A stretch of DNA of 63,862 nt from Chrysemys picta bellii (Eukaryota). The stretch is taken from the NCBI RefSeq assembly GCF_011386835.1, contig NC_088807.1, positions 19,406,139 through 19,470,000 on the forward strand, read 5' to 3'. Below, piece after piece: positions 49,147-60,300 of the stretch. The notes under the pieces are model-generated. The model was given only the letters and a program-made list of their open reading frames with translations, was not told where the DNA came from and searched no databases. Position 1 is the first letter of the stretch. Every line of letters starts with the position of its first letter. The position numbers and the translations under genes were made by a program.

Positions 49147-52100
49147 TCACAGGAGGACACACTGGTCAGGTTTGTGCTTGGGTGGCTTCCTCTTACTCCC
49201 CATAGGTGGGGGGTGGGGTGGGGAGATACGGGGCAGACGAGGCTCTGGCTTGATGGCCGCCCATGGTGCCCCCCCGTCCTCTCGATGTTTGTAGGGGGAT
49301 GCCAAGCTGGGCTCACCCAGAGGCAGGGGCCTGAAGGGTGGTCTCTCCCTGGGGAAATCTGCGGCACCAGGGATGTCTTGGATGGGGGACCAGGCTGGCT
49401 CAGGGGAGAGCACGGCCATCAGAGGATGGACACCAGACATGGGTCCTGGCAAAGCTGGGGAAAAGGACGGCTCTGGGCTGGGACAGCTTGCAGAGGTGGG
49501 GGCAGAGTTAAGGCCGTAGAGGACAGCATCCGTGGCAACCACATGGTCCAGGCTCAGCGGTGGGGTGGGACCACAGGGGGAACCTGCAGGGGACAGGGAT
49601 ACAGAAGATGCCAGAGGAGAGCTCGGCAGGGAGAGCTCGGCCCCCAGGTCATATGGCACAGTGCCAGCAGCTGGTGTAGCTGTGGCGATGCCCTCCATGA
49701 TGTCTGTCTCTTCAGTGATGGGCCCCATGGATTCATGCTCCCATCTCATCTCTGGTGACCAGGGGGCTGCTGAGACAGCGGGGGATACGGGGAGCTCAGC
49801 TGGGGACCCCGGTGCCATCCTGTGCCCTGGAGGAGGGCTGCAAAGAACAGGGGGCTGCTCTGGGTCTGCAGGAGCCAGGGTGGCCTCTGGGGAGCTGGCA
49901 GAGATGGGAGGAGATGGACAGATCACAGCTGGGGCGGCCAGCGCCACATCGGGGCTGGCAGGAGCGACGACTGCCTCTGGCAGAGATGGGGAGAGACCTA
50001 AACAGACAGGAGAGAAGGGAATTCACTCAGTGACTGGGAAGCTTAGAGAGGGAGAAAGCGCCCCCCACTGAGCCCCCAACCCCATGCTGAGCCCCCGCCC
50101 CGCTCCCTGCAGCACAGCGCCCCCTGCTGAGCCCCCATCCCCTGCTGAGCCCCGCCCCACTCCCCGGAACCCAGCGCCCCTGGCAGTGACCCAGCCTGGC
50201 CCTGCTTAGCTCGATCCCACTCAGGCCCAGCCTGACCCACGGTCTCACAGCTCAAGCCGCAGAGGCCCTCGCTCCCCAGGTTCGATCCCTGGGACGGTCT
50301 TTCACCCCCCACTCACCCCTGACGCCCAGCACGTACCAGTCTCCTCGCTGGGGAGCTCCTGGGGGCAGACCGGGAAGAGCATCGTCTGCACCCCCCAGCC
50401 CTCCACCCTGACCGCCCCCGGCATGGCTGCCAGCTGCTCCTTCACCGAGGCCGAGCTGTCCAGGGGGAAGGGGTGACTGTAGGCGGCGCCGTAGGCCTGG
50501 CGGAAGCGGAAGAGGGAGATGCCCCCGGGGTGGCCCCGCAGGACCCTCGCCACATTCTGCTCCAGCTCGGCCCGCTCGGCCACGGGGGGGTCCAGCAGGG
50601 GGCTGGCCGGGCGGGCGGGACGGGGCAGCCGGCTGGGGGCCAGCGCGGGGCTATTCAGGGCAGCCCCCCGGTACGCATCCAGGCCCAGTGGCTGGTTGGC
50701 GAAGGTCAGCAGGGGCGGCTGCCGGGGGGCGGCCACAGGAAGGCGGGAGCTGGGGAAGTGGCTCAGCGAGACAGCTCGGGGCAGCCAGGCGTTGGCTTGG
50801 TGCCCGGGGGCAGATCCGGCCGGCGGGTGGCCCAGGGGGGCAGCCAGGTGGTGGCAGGAGTTCCAAGGCCTGGGAGCTGGAGGGAGAGGAGAGAAGAGAT
50901 TCCCGGTGAGACGCCGCCCGTCGCCATCCCCGGTAGGATGCACGAGCCCCTCTAGGGGGCGCCGGTCGCATGGAGCCGGACCCCGCTGGGCGATCAGCGG
51001 TTGGGCTTCGGGGGCTGCCACATTGTCATGGGTTTTGCAATGCACTGGCTCTGCCCGGGAGCTGTCGTAAGCCAGCGCAGATTTTGCACTGAGCCGGGGC
51101 TCCCCCTAGGGGCAGCTGGGCCCCATAGCACAAGCCTGGGTCTTTCAGCTCCATCGCTAGAGACTTGGGCAAAGAATCAGGGGTGGGGGGAGGGGGTGTC
51201 CAGGTTCGCTTCCCCAGGCACAGTCACTCCCTGGGACCTGGCGTCCGCATTTAAGGCGGGGGGTTTCCTGCACCCCCTTTGCTGCCTCCTCTGTCCCAGC
51301 CCTGTTTACATGAGGCCCGTTGGTCATTCAGGGTACCCCCGGGCTCCCCATCATTGATTTCACCTGCCCCAAAGCAGAGGCAGGACCATATAGCTTGCCT
51401 TGTTACAGCAAGCTGACGCGCTCCACCCCAGAGGCAGCTGCATTCGCAGGGCTGGACTGTGCCCCCCTGCCAGAAGGCATCAAAGGGAGAGCTGTGGTTA
51501 AGTTTCGCAATCTGTAGGCAAGAGTTATTCTGCTATTTTCAAGGGGGAGAGGGAGAGAATTTGCCAGAGGTAGATGGCAGAACTGGGACCAGAGCCCTGT
51601 TCTGACCACTAGACCCCCACCCCCCTCCTAGAGCTGGGGATGGAACCCAGGAGTCCTGCCCTCTCCCCTCCCCCGCTCTAACCATTAGACACCCACACCC
51701 TTCCCTGAGCCAGGGAGAGGACCCAGGAGTCCTGACATAGACCTGTCCTGAAAATCACTGTTGCGCCTGGTAGTGTAGACAACACCTGTAGCGCTCGCTA
51801 CCCCAATAAAGGGAAGGGTTAGGGACACACAGCCACCACATGCAATTCCCATTTCCCCCAGTAGGGGGCAGCCCCCTACACCCCATGACTATACCTGATT
51901 TAGGAGCCTCTGCCTGCTGCCGTTTGGGTGGCGCCTCCTTGTGGATCTGGGGGTGACGGATGCGTCTCTTGGGGGGCTTGGCCTCCGGCAGCAGGTCGCA
52001 GACTGGGCGCCGGCACCGGACCCACGGTTCCTTGCCCTCCTCGTCCAGGACCACCAGCTCCTTCATGTCACCCAGCAGGTGGTGCAGTGAGCGGTAGCCG

Positions 52101-52904
52101 TGCCGGGGCAGATCCAGGTGCCGGCCATGGTGCTGGTGGAAGAGCCTCCCGAAATCCCACAGGGGGACACCCCCTGGGTGGCTCAACAGTAGCCCCAGCA
52201 CGGCCCCCTGGAGGGTCAGCTGCGAGCCGGGATCCAGTCCCCCCCCCGCAACAGCTGGAAGGAGAAACAGCTCTTGGGGGGCTCAAAGGGCACCAGGTGG
52301 GAGACTTTACCCTTCACTGGCCACCAGGGGGACTCGCCCACAGAACAGCAGAGGGGTGGGCCTGGGCACAGCCAGGGTACCAGGGTAGATGGGCCCCTGC
52401 TCCAAAGTGGGAGAGAAATTCCCTGCACACAGTGGGACTGCAGGTCAGGACTAAGGGTCTCATCAGCAGTGGACAACTGGGGGGGGGGCAGCCCCCCTCC
52501 CCAGAGCCACTGGGCCCCACTCCCCTCCCAGAGCTGGGCATGGAACCCAGGCATCCTGGCTCCCAGCCCCCCCCCCCGCTCTAACCACTAGACCCCACTC
52601 CCCTCCCAGAGCCGGGGATAGAACCCAGGAGTCCTGCTGGCTCCCAGCCCCCGCCCCCCGCTCTAACCACTAGACCCCACTCCCCTCCCAGAGCCAGGGA
52701 TAGAACCCAGGAGTCCTGCTGGCTCCCAGCCCCCGCCCCCCGCTCTAACCACTAGACCCCACTCCCCTCCCAGAGCCAGGGATAGAACCCAGGAGTCCTG
52801 CTGGCTCCCAGCCCCGCCCCCCCACTCTAACCACTAGACCCCACTCCCCTCCCAGAGCCGGGGATAGAACCCAGGCGTCCTGGCTCCCCGGTTTCACCTG
52901 CCAT
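49147..52904 (-). CDS. Gene C: uncharacterised protein with two LOTUS (OST-HTH) domains, a Pro/Ser-rich tail and polybasic CaaX (KRKPPKHKPDQCVLL*); 585 aa, complete
   Basis: Exons 52904-52898 (GAGGCT-ATG-GCA-G|gtgaaa), 52254-51895*, 50876-50337*, 49997-49147 total 1758 nt, in frame; all introns are phase 1. LOTUS1 AVLGLLLSHPGGVPLWDFGRLFHQHHGRHLDLPRHGYRSLHHLLGDMKELVVL. LOTUS2 LEQNVARVLRGHPGGISLFRFRQAYGAAYSHPFPLDSSASVKEQLAAMPGAVRVEG. Confidence 0.82.
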
Positions 52905-52973
52905 AGCCTCCGGCTGGAAGTCCTCCGAGAGCCCGCAGTTTACGGGAAGCAGGTGAGCGCTCCCGTGGGGCCC

Positions 52974-53002
52974 TTTATAGCCTAGGTTCATCGCCCCGCC
53001 CC
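52974..53002 (-). promoter_or_regulatory. Core promoter of gene C (GC box + TATAAA)
   Basis: Minus strand GGGGCGGGG (52994-53002) and TATAAA (52974-52979), 70 nt upstream of a strong-Kozak ATG followed by a GT donor. Confidence 0.6.
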
Positions 53003-54199
53003 CTCCCGGCTCAGGCTGGGCTGCTGTTAACCCTTTGGACGCTGTCACAAAACTGCAAAGTAGGGGCTGGGAGCCAGGACTTCAGGGTTCTGTCCCCGGC
53101 TCTGGGAGGGGAGTGGGGTCTAGTGGTTACAGCGGTCGGGGGGTGAGGGGCTGGGAGTCAGGACACCTGGATTATATCCGCAGCTCTAGGAGGGGAGTGA
53201 GGGCTAGTGGTTTTGGAGGTGGGGGGGGGCTGGGAGCCAGGACTCCGGGGTTTTATTCTCTGCCAATGTTTTGGGCAAGTCATGTTACCTCTCTGCTCAG
53301 CCCGCCTAGATTTAGGTCCCTCTAGTGAGCCACCCACCCTGGTCCGTACTGCACGGTGCCTTGGCTGTCTATTTCCCCTCATGGGGGGGGGGGGGCAGGA
53401 CCATCCCCTCCAGTTAATTCCCCATCCTCAGGTAACCCAAGATACCCCCCACCCTTCGGCACCTAGATTGGTCCATCTGTATCACAATCTTTACAGGGGC
53501 AAAGGTAGAGGGGTAGGAAACGAACCCAGGTGGCCGGGCATGGCATCCCCCCGTGGCAGCCAGTGCCCCCTTGCTCCTCATCCAGCCTGTCCTTTCCTGT
53601 CCAGTTCAGGCACGGTGCGCCCCCCACCCATGCTCCCTCCCTCCCGCCAATAGCTCCCTGTCCAGCCCCCTGCAACCCCCAGCCCATGCACACCTTGTGC
53701 CCAGATTGCTGGGTCACACCCACCCACGCTGCCCCTCCCTGATACCAGTCAGAATTGGCAAGCGCCCGGGTGCAAAGGTGCCCTGGGAGGTTGGGAACTA
53801 GCTGCTGAGAGGAAAAGGGGGGGTGGGGTGCCCAGCCTTCAAAATAGAACCCAGGAGTCCTGGCTTCCAGCATCCCACTTGCTGTAACCACTAGACCCCA
53901 CTCCCCTCCCAGGGATAGAACCCAGGAGTCCTGGCTCCTAGCCCCCCCTGTTCTAACCACTAAACCCCACTCCCTTCCCAGAGCCAGGGATAGAACCCAG
54001 GAGTCCTGGATCCTAGCCCACCTGTTCTAACCCATTAGGGCCCACTACTGCACTAGGGGGTGCTATGCTGTAGGGAGCAGGAGGAGGGGCTCAATAGAGG
54101 GGTGCTCTCCCCAGACAGTCAGCGCTGGCCCTGATACCCCAGTGCACTGCTAGGGGGCGCTGTGCTGCAGGGAGTGGGGCAGAGGTCACTAGGGGGCGC

Positions 54200-57100
54200 T
54201 GTCACGGAGTATTGGGGGACTCAGGGCCCTGCACCCCCGGCTTCCTGCGATTCACCATGACTCTCAGCCAGCCAGTAAAGCAGAAGGTTTATTTGGATGA
54301 CAGGAATACAGTCCAAGACAGGTCTTGCAGGCACAGACAACAGGGACCCCCTCAGTTAGGTCCATCTTGGGGTCCCCGGCCATCCCAGCCCAGCCCCCCT
54401 TGGGAGGTCAGAGCCATCTCTGCCTCCCAGCCATCTCTCCAGCCTGCTTCCCCCACCCTCCTTCAGCGACCCCTCCCACCGCCTTTGTTCAGTTTCCCCG
54501 GGCCCCGGAGTCACCTGGCCTCCAACCCCTTCCTGGGTTCTCATGTTACAAGCTCAGGTATGTTCCCTGGGGCAGACTCCCATCCCCCGATGCAGACCAT
54601 CCTAGCCACACTCCCATCAGCATTCACAGACCACAGTGAGAACAGGCCCAGTTCGTCACATCTCCCCCCTTCGAGACCGAACTGAGCGGGGTCACTTTAG
54701 CCAGTGACCTGGGGAAGTTCGAACCTACCCCCGTTCCCATGGATGCCCCCGCATCCCTCCCATTCCTTGGTGAGAATTACACCAGGCCCCTCCAGTTTCA
54801 CGCCCCCCCTTAGGTCGGGGTGCTTGATGGCACTCGCAGTTCGCATGTGGGAAGGTTTATGTGGCCTGTGCCCTTTTCCCACCCCCACACCTCTGGGGCT
54901 CCAACTGGGCTGTGGTCTTCTCCCAGCGCTCCAGTCTGGAGGTCTGTGCTTTGGGCTCTCTTGGTTCAGAGCCGCCCTTTTAACCTTGGCCACCCTCCGG
55001 AAAGGATCCTCTATGCTGGGCAAGGGTCCTAAAGCTGTTTTCCCCTTGTCCCGGGCCTTCCTCCCCCTCTGACAGGGGTCACAGGATCTGCAGTACTGTC
55101 GGACAGTAACAAAGACCCCAGGCCAGTAAAAGCTCCGTAGCAGCCTCTGCTGGGTACGCCAGATTCCCTGGTGCCCTGAGAGGGGAATATCATGGGCCCG
55201 GCACAGCAGCTGGCGGCGATACTTCTGGGGTACCACCAGCTGCCTCCTGATCCCCCCTGACTCCATTTTCCCTGGGGGAGCCCATTCTCGGTACAGGAAC
55301 CCCTTCTCCCACAGGAACCTTTTCCGGCCACCTCGTCCCATGGTCTGTACCGCATTGAGGTCGGCCAGGTCCCTTATCTTCCGCAAGGAGGGATCTCTCT
55401 GCAACTCGGCCTGGAACTCAGCCGCTGGGACAGGGATGGCCATCTGCTCTTTCTCGCCCGCTGGGTCTGAAGCTGCAGCCTCCCTGAGCCGTGTCCCTGG
55501 GCGTTCCCTCCCCACCAGGTTAGGGTCCTGCGCCTCAGGCAAGGCACCCCCCCAAGGCCAGGGCGCAGTGCCCCTCGCCGGCTCTGACTGCGGGTCACAA
55601 CCAGTGCCTTTTGGGGGTTGCTTGGCCAGTTCTCCAGGTCCCCCCCCCATCAATACCTCAGTGGGCAAATACGGGTGTACCCCCACATCCTTGGGGCCCT
55701 CCTTGGCCCCCCACTTCAGGTGTACCCTTGCCACGGGCACTTTGACTGGTGTTCCGCCCACCCCCGTCAGGGTCAGGTAGGTGTTGGGCACCACCTGATC
55801 TGGGGCCACCACCTCGGGCCGGGCCAGCGTCACCTCTGCGCCCGTATCCCAGTATCCATTGACCTTCCTCCCATCCACCTCCAGGGGAACAAGGTACTCT
55901 CTCCGGAGGGACAGCCCCGCGCCCACCGTATAAACCAAAAACCCTGAGTCTGGGGCATCCAGCCCCCTAGAGGAGCTGGCCTGGAGCTCTCCTCCCTCCT
56001 TAGCAGGTGGTACTCTGCCAGCCCCCCTTCCCTGGGAATGCTGCCTTTCGCCGGGCTGGGTCTCTACCCAGTCAACCCTCTGTGGGTTCGGTCTGCTCAG
56101 TCTGTCCCTGAGCCTAGGGCACTGGGCCCGTATGTGGCCCTTTTGGCCACAGTGGTAGCAGCCCATGTCCCATGGGTCCCCCCGGGTGGGTCGGATGGTC
56201 CTGACGCCGGATGTTCCCCTCTGATGGGGTTTTTCTGTATTTTCCCACGGGGAGGTCCCATGGTGACTCCCTCTCTGCGTTGTGGTGGGACTGTTCCTTT
56301 GGGACTCCTCCCTTCTATCTCCTGACCGGCTCTTTACAAACTCATCGGCCAGCCGGCCTGCATGTCGCAGGTTCTCTGGCTTTCTGTCCACCAACCACAG
56401 CCTCAGGTCGGATGGGCACCGCTCATACAGTTGCTCCAGTACCAGCAGTTTAATCAGGTCCTCCTTCGTCTGGGCCCCACCAGCCCACTTGCTGGCGTAT
56501 CTTTCCATGCGGACGGCTAGTTGCAGATATGAGATCTCAGGGGTTTTATCTTGACTCCGGAACCTTTCCCGGTACATTTCAGGAGTCAGCCCAAACTCAC
56601 GTAGCAGGGCCTTTTTGAATAGTTCGTAGTCCCCTTTCTCTGCCTCTCCCAGTTGGCGGTACAATGCCACGGATTTGGGGTCCAGTAAGGGGGTAAGGAC
56701 CCGGAGTCTGTCCGCGGGATCAACCCGGTGCAGCTCGCAGGCCGTCTCAAAGGCCTCCAGGAAGTCATCCATGTCCTCCCCCTCCTTGCGTGGGGCCAGG
56801 ATGCACTTCTCAAAGCTCCGTGCAGTCCTGGGTCCCCCCTCACTCACCGCAGCCGGGGGTTCGCTGCCCTTCAATCTTGCCAGTTCCAGTTCATGCTGAC
56901 GCTGTCTCTCATTCTCCTGTCTCTGTCTCTCTTTCTCCTCCCGTTCATGCTGTCTCTGTTGTTCACGATCCTCCAGCTCTCTCAGTTTTAGCTCTTTCTC
57001 CCATTCCAGCCAATTCCGCTCCACGGATGCCGAACGTCGCCGGGAGGATCCTCTGCTGGCCGGCGAGCTTCGCCGGGAGGGTCCCCTGCTGGCTGGGGGG

Positions 57101-58189
57101 GTCACGGCGCCTTCGGTATTTGCTGGGCTCCTCCCCACCCTTCCCCTAGGCATAGGAAGGAGGGGTCTCGGGAAGCCCTCAGCAGCCGGCTGACCACTCC
57201 CAGCTGGGACAGACACTGGTGCCTGCGCTGCATTTGCCCGGCTGCTTCCCTGAGGCACAGGGATCAGTTCATTCGCGCGATCTTCCGCCTCCAGCCGGGC
57301 AATGAGCTGTTCTTTGGTGAGCCTCCCAATGCACAGCCCCCTCTGCTTGCACAGCTCCACCAGGTCGCTCTTAAGCCGCTTGGCATACATCTTCCTGCTG
57401 GCCACTCACCGGCCTGTGTGCTCACAGCTCCCCACAGTTCCCAGGGGGCCCCCTAGTGTGCCAGCCCTTCTCGAGGTCACCACCTCTCTGCCAGGGTCGA
57501 GCTGCAGACTCCTCCGCCCCTGGGACCACTCGCTGCGATCCCCCCGGGGGACCCTGTTACTGCAAAAGTCCTTCTCGCTGGTCACACACTCCCAGGGGTA
57601 ATAACCGTCTCTCTCTCACTCTCAGCACGCCTGGTCCCCGTCAATCCCCCTTCGTTTTACTGCTCCCCAGTCACTTACTGCAGGAAGCGCCGTCCACGGG
57701 GTGCAGTAGATCCCACCGCTGCCACCAGTTGTCACGGAGTATTGGGGGACTCAGGGCCCTGCACCCCCGGCTTCCTGCGATTCACCATGACTCTCACCCA
57801 GCCAGTAAAGCAGAAGGTTTATTTGGATGACAGGAATACAGTCCAAGACAGGTCTTGCAGGCACAGACAACAGGGACCCCCTCAGTTAGGTCCATCTTGG
57901 GGTCCCCGGCCATCCCAGCCCAGCCCCCCTTGGGAGGTCAGAGCCATCTCTGCCTCCCAGCCATCTCTCCAGCCTGCTTCCCCCATCCTCCTTCAGCGAC
58001 CCCTCCCACCGCCTTTGTTCAGTTTCCCGGGCCCCGGAGTCACCTGGCCTCCAACCCCTTCCTGGGTTCTCATGTTACACGCTCAGGTATGTTCCCTCGG
58101 GCAGACTCCCATCCCCCGATGCAGACCATCCTAGCCACACTCCCATCAGCATTCACACACCACAGTAAGAACAGGCCCAGTTCGTCACA
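54200..58189 (-). mobile_element. Gmr1-like (Ty3/Gypsy) LTR retrotransposon, internally deleted (non-autonomous)
   Basis: LTRs 57730-58189 and 54200-54660 (TG...CA, ~7 differences by eye); TSD GGCGC (54195-54199, 58190-58194). PBS TGGTGGCAGCGGTGGGAT (57710-57727) is complementary to the tRNA-Leu 3' end. PPT AAGGGGGAGA at 54661-54670. Confidence 0.95.
54697..57390 (-). CDS. Gag-protease-truncated integrase ORF of the Gmr1-like element (897 aa from ATG)
   Basis: N-terminal SAP/HeH-like motif, coiled coil, SCAN-like capsid region (TPEMYRERFR...LLVLEQL...KPENLRHAGRLADEF), CCHC knuckle (CYHCGQKGHIRAQC), protease DTGAEVT and integrase Zn domain (HDIPLSGH...YCRSCDPC). No DDE core, RT or RNase H. 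Confidence 0.9.
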   Translation of the reverse strand: MYAKRLKSDLVELCKQRGLCIGRLTKEQLIARLEAEDRANELIPVPQGSSRANAAQAPVSVPAGSGQPAAEGFPRPLLPMPRGRVGRSPANTEGAVTPPASRGPSRRSSPASRGSSRRRSASVERNWLEWEKELKLRELEDREQQRQHEREEKERQRQENERQRQHELELARLKGSEPPAAVSEGGPRTARSFEKCILAPRKEGEDMDDFLEAFETACELHRVDPADRLRVLTPLLDPKSVALYRQLGEAEKGDYELFKKALLREFGLTPEMYRERFRSQDKTPEISYLQLAVRMERYASKWAGGAQTKEDLIKLLVLEQLYERCPSDLRLWLVDRKPENLRHAGRLADEFVKSRSGDRREESQRNSPTTTQRGSHHGTSPWENTEKPHQRGTSGVRTIRPTRGDPWDMGCYHCGQKGHIRAQCPRLRDRLSRPNPQRVDWVETQPGERQHSQGRGAGRVPPAKEGGELQASSSRGLDAPDSGFLVYTVGAGLSLRREYLVPLEVDGRKVNGYWDTGAEVTLARPEVVAPDQVVPNTYLTLTGVGGTPVKVPVARVHLKWGAKEGPKDVGVHPYLPTEVLMGGGPGELAKQPPKGTGCDPQSEPARGTAPWPWGGALPEAQDPNLVGRERPGTRLREAAASDPAGEKEQMAIPVPAAEFQAELQRDPSLRKIRDLADLNAVQTMGRGGRKRFLWEKGFLYREWAPPGKMESGGIRRQLVVPQKYRRQLLCRAHDIPLSGHQGIWRTQQRLLRSFYWPGVFVTVRQYCRSCDPCQRGRKARDKGKTALGPLPSIEDPFRRVAKVKRAALNQESPKHRPPDWSAGRRPQPSWSPRGVGVGKGHRPHKPSHMRTASAIKHPDLRGGVKLEGPGVILTKEWEGCGGIHGNGGRFELPQVTG

Positions 58190-59442
58190 GGCGCTCTCCC
58201 CTGGCCATCAGTGCTGGCCCCAGTCCTAAGCAAAGTTCCAATTACTCCTGCGGAGAGAAATCCTACAAAAACCTGTGCGACAATTACAGCCGTGGCCATC
58301 TTCACATCCCCACCGGTGTTCTCGGCTCCGATGGACCTCTCAATAGACAAGCATCGCTAGTGGGATGGTTCCTGCTGGGGTTTCCCTTGGGTCTGCCCTC
58401 TTTGATACTGTAGTTCTGACCACACCTAACACATACAAATGGCCAGCCTGGGTCAGACCAAAGGTCCATCTAGCCCAGTATCCTGTCGTCCTCCCAGCAA
58501 ACAGAGGCTGCGCCCCACCCCCTTACCCTCTGGCCAGGGTCTTTGCAGGGCTCTGTCTGTGTCCTGTTCCCATGGCCCCGCCCCACATGGCCCACGGGGG
58601 TCCCACTGCCAGCCTGGCACAATGGGGCCCTGTGTGAATCTGGGTCACTGCTGAGGGGGCTTCGGGGGGATCCCTTTCCCCTGTCCCTCCCCCAGGGCAG
58701 CCCCAGTCGGAGCCGGCCCCCCGGCTGGGCAGTGATGTGGGTGGGGGGTTCCTGCAGGGGGGGCTGCCCCACTAGGGCAGCTGAGTACAGCAGTGAGTAC
58801 AGCTGGTTCCTCCCCTGGGAACCCGCGTGCATGTGTCCATCCAGCCTTGCCCCCTGGTGGTGTGTGTGTGTGTGTGTCCTGCCCCCTGCTGGTGTGTGTG
58901 TGTGTGTGTGTGTGTCCTGCCCCCTGCTGGCTGCCCCCTGCCCAGGGCAGCATGACACACTCCCCAGCGCTCAGGTGATGGGAAGGAGGCCGGGCCCTGG
59001 TACTTCGCAGCTGGTCCCGTCCCAGGTGAGCTCCCTGCGTGCTCCCGGCACCGACCCGACTGGAAAGCGGTGGGTGCCCCCAGCCGGGGCTGTTCTGACG
59101 CACGGGCCAGCCGGGCATGTCCAGCCCCTCGGCGCTCGGCAGCACTTGACTTCTTGCTTAATAATCCCCACAGGTCACAGCAGGGTTTATTTTCAGGCAT
59201 TTCCCCTGTTGCGCTGCTGGAGAGGTGCTGAGAGGGGCCAGGGCCGGGGTTCCAGACCCCCTACGAGAGATTTGCGTTGAGTGAAAGGGCCAGAGTGGCA
59301 CAAAATGATGTGTTTTAAGCATTTTTCTCTATTTTTATCCATTGAAATATTGAGAGATGTGCAAAATTACAGGGGGTGGTGCCAGGCCATGGAGAGGTCG
59401 GATGATAATTATGACATGACAGCAGATGGGGAGATGCAGGAA

Positions 59443-60290
59443 GTTAAGAACATAAGAATGGCCAGACTGGGTCAGAACAAAAGTCCATCCAGCCCAGTAA
59501 CCTGTCTCCCGACAATGGGCAATGCCAGGTGCCCCAGAGGGAATGAACAGAACAGGGAATCATCAAGTGATCCATCTCCTGTCGCCCATTCCCAGCTTCT
59601 GGCAAACAGAGGCTACGGACACCATCCCTGTCCATCTTGGCTAATAGCCATTGATGGACCTATCCCTCCATGAACTTATCTAGTTTTTTTTTTGAACGCT
59701 GTTATAATATTGGCCTTCACAACATCCTCTGGCAAGGAGTTCCACAGGTTAACTGTGCGTTAGGTGAAGAAATGCATCCTGTTGTTTGTTTGAAACCTGC
59801 TGCCTATTCATTTCATTGGGTGATCCCTAGTTCTTGTGTTATGAGAAGGAGTAAACAACACTTCCTGATTTAGTTTCTCCACACCAGTCATGATTTTATA
59901 GACCTTTATTGTATCCCCCCTTAGTCATCTCTTTTCCAAGCTGTTTGAAAGTCAACAGAGGTGCTGCACTTATTTAGGGAAGAAAAACCAAATGCACAAG
60001 CACAGGATGGGGGCTCACTGGCTTGGCAGCAGCACTCCTGAGACGGAGCGGGGAGTTGTCGTGGATCATCACACCCTCAACATGAGTCAGCAATGCGATG
60101 CCGTTGCAAAACAAAAGCAAATGCAATGTTCGGCTGCATTAACAGAGGTGCAGCGTGCAAGTCACGGACGCTGAGAGTACCGCTCTGCTCGGCGCTGGGC
60201 AGGCCGGGAGTGCTGTGTCCAGTTCTGTCACCGCGGTGTAGAAAGGATGTGGAGAAACTGGAAAAGGATCCAGAGGTGAGCGACAAAGGG
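59443..60290. mobile_element. Two CR1 LINE fragments (59443-59945 minus 3' end; 59950-60290 plus ORF2 C-terminus)
   Basis: AAGAACATAAGAATGGCC... is the reverse complement of a CR1 3' end. The plus-strand fragment encodes ANAMFGCINRG...KDVEKLE (CR1 ORF2). Confidence 0.8.
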
Positions 60291-60300
60291 GTCACCTCAC

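Noticed and set aside
50877-51061. Longer upstream version of gene C exon 3 (acceptor at 51062, ORF 50302..51045)
   Set aside because: That acceptor gives a stop in phase 1. The strong polypyrimidine acceptor at 50877 is in frame.
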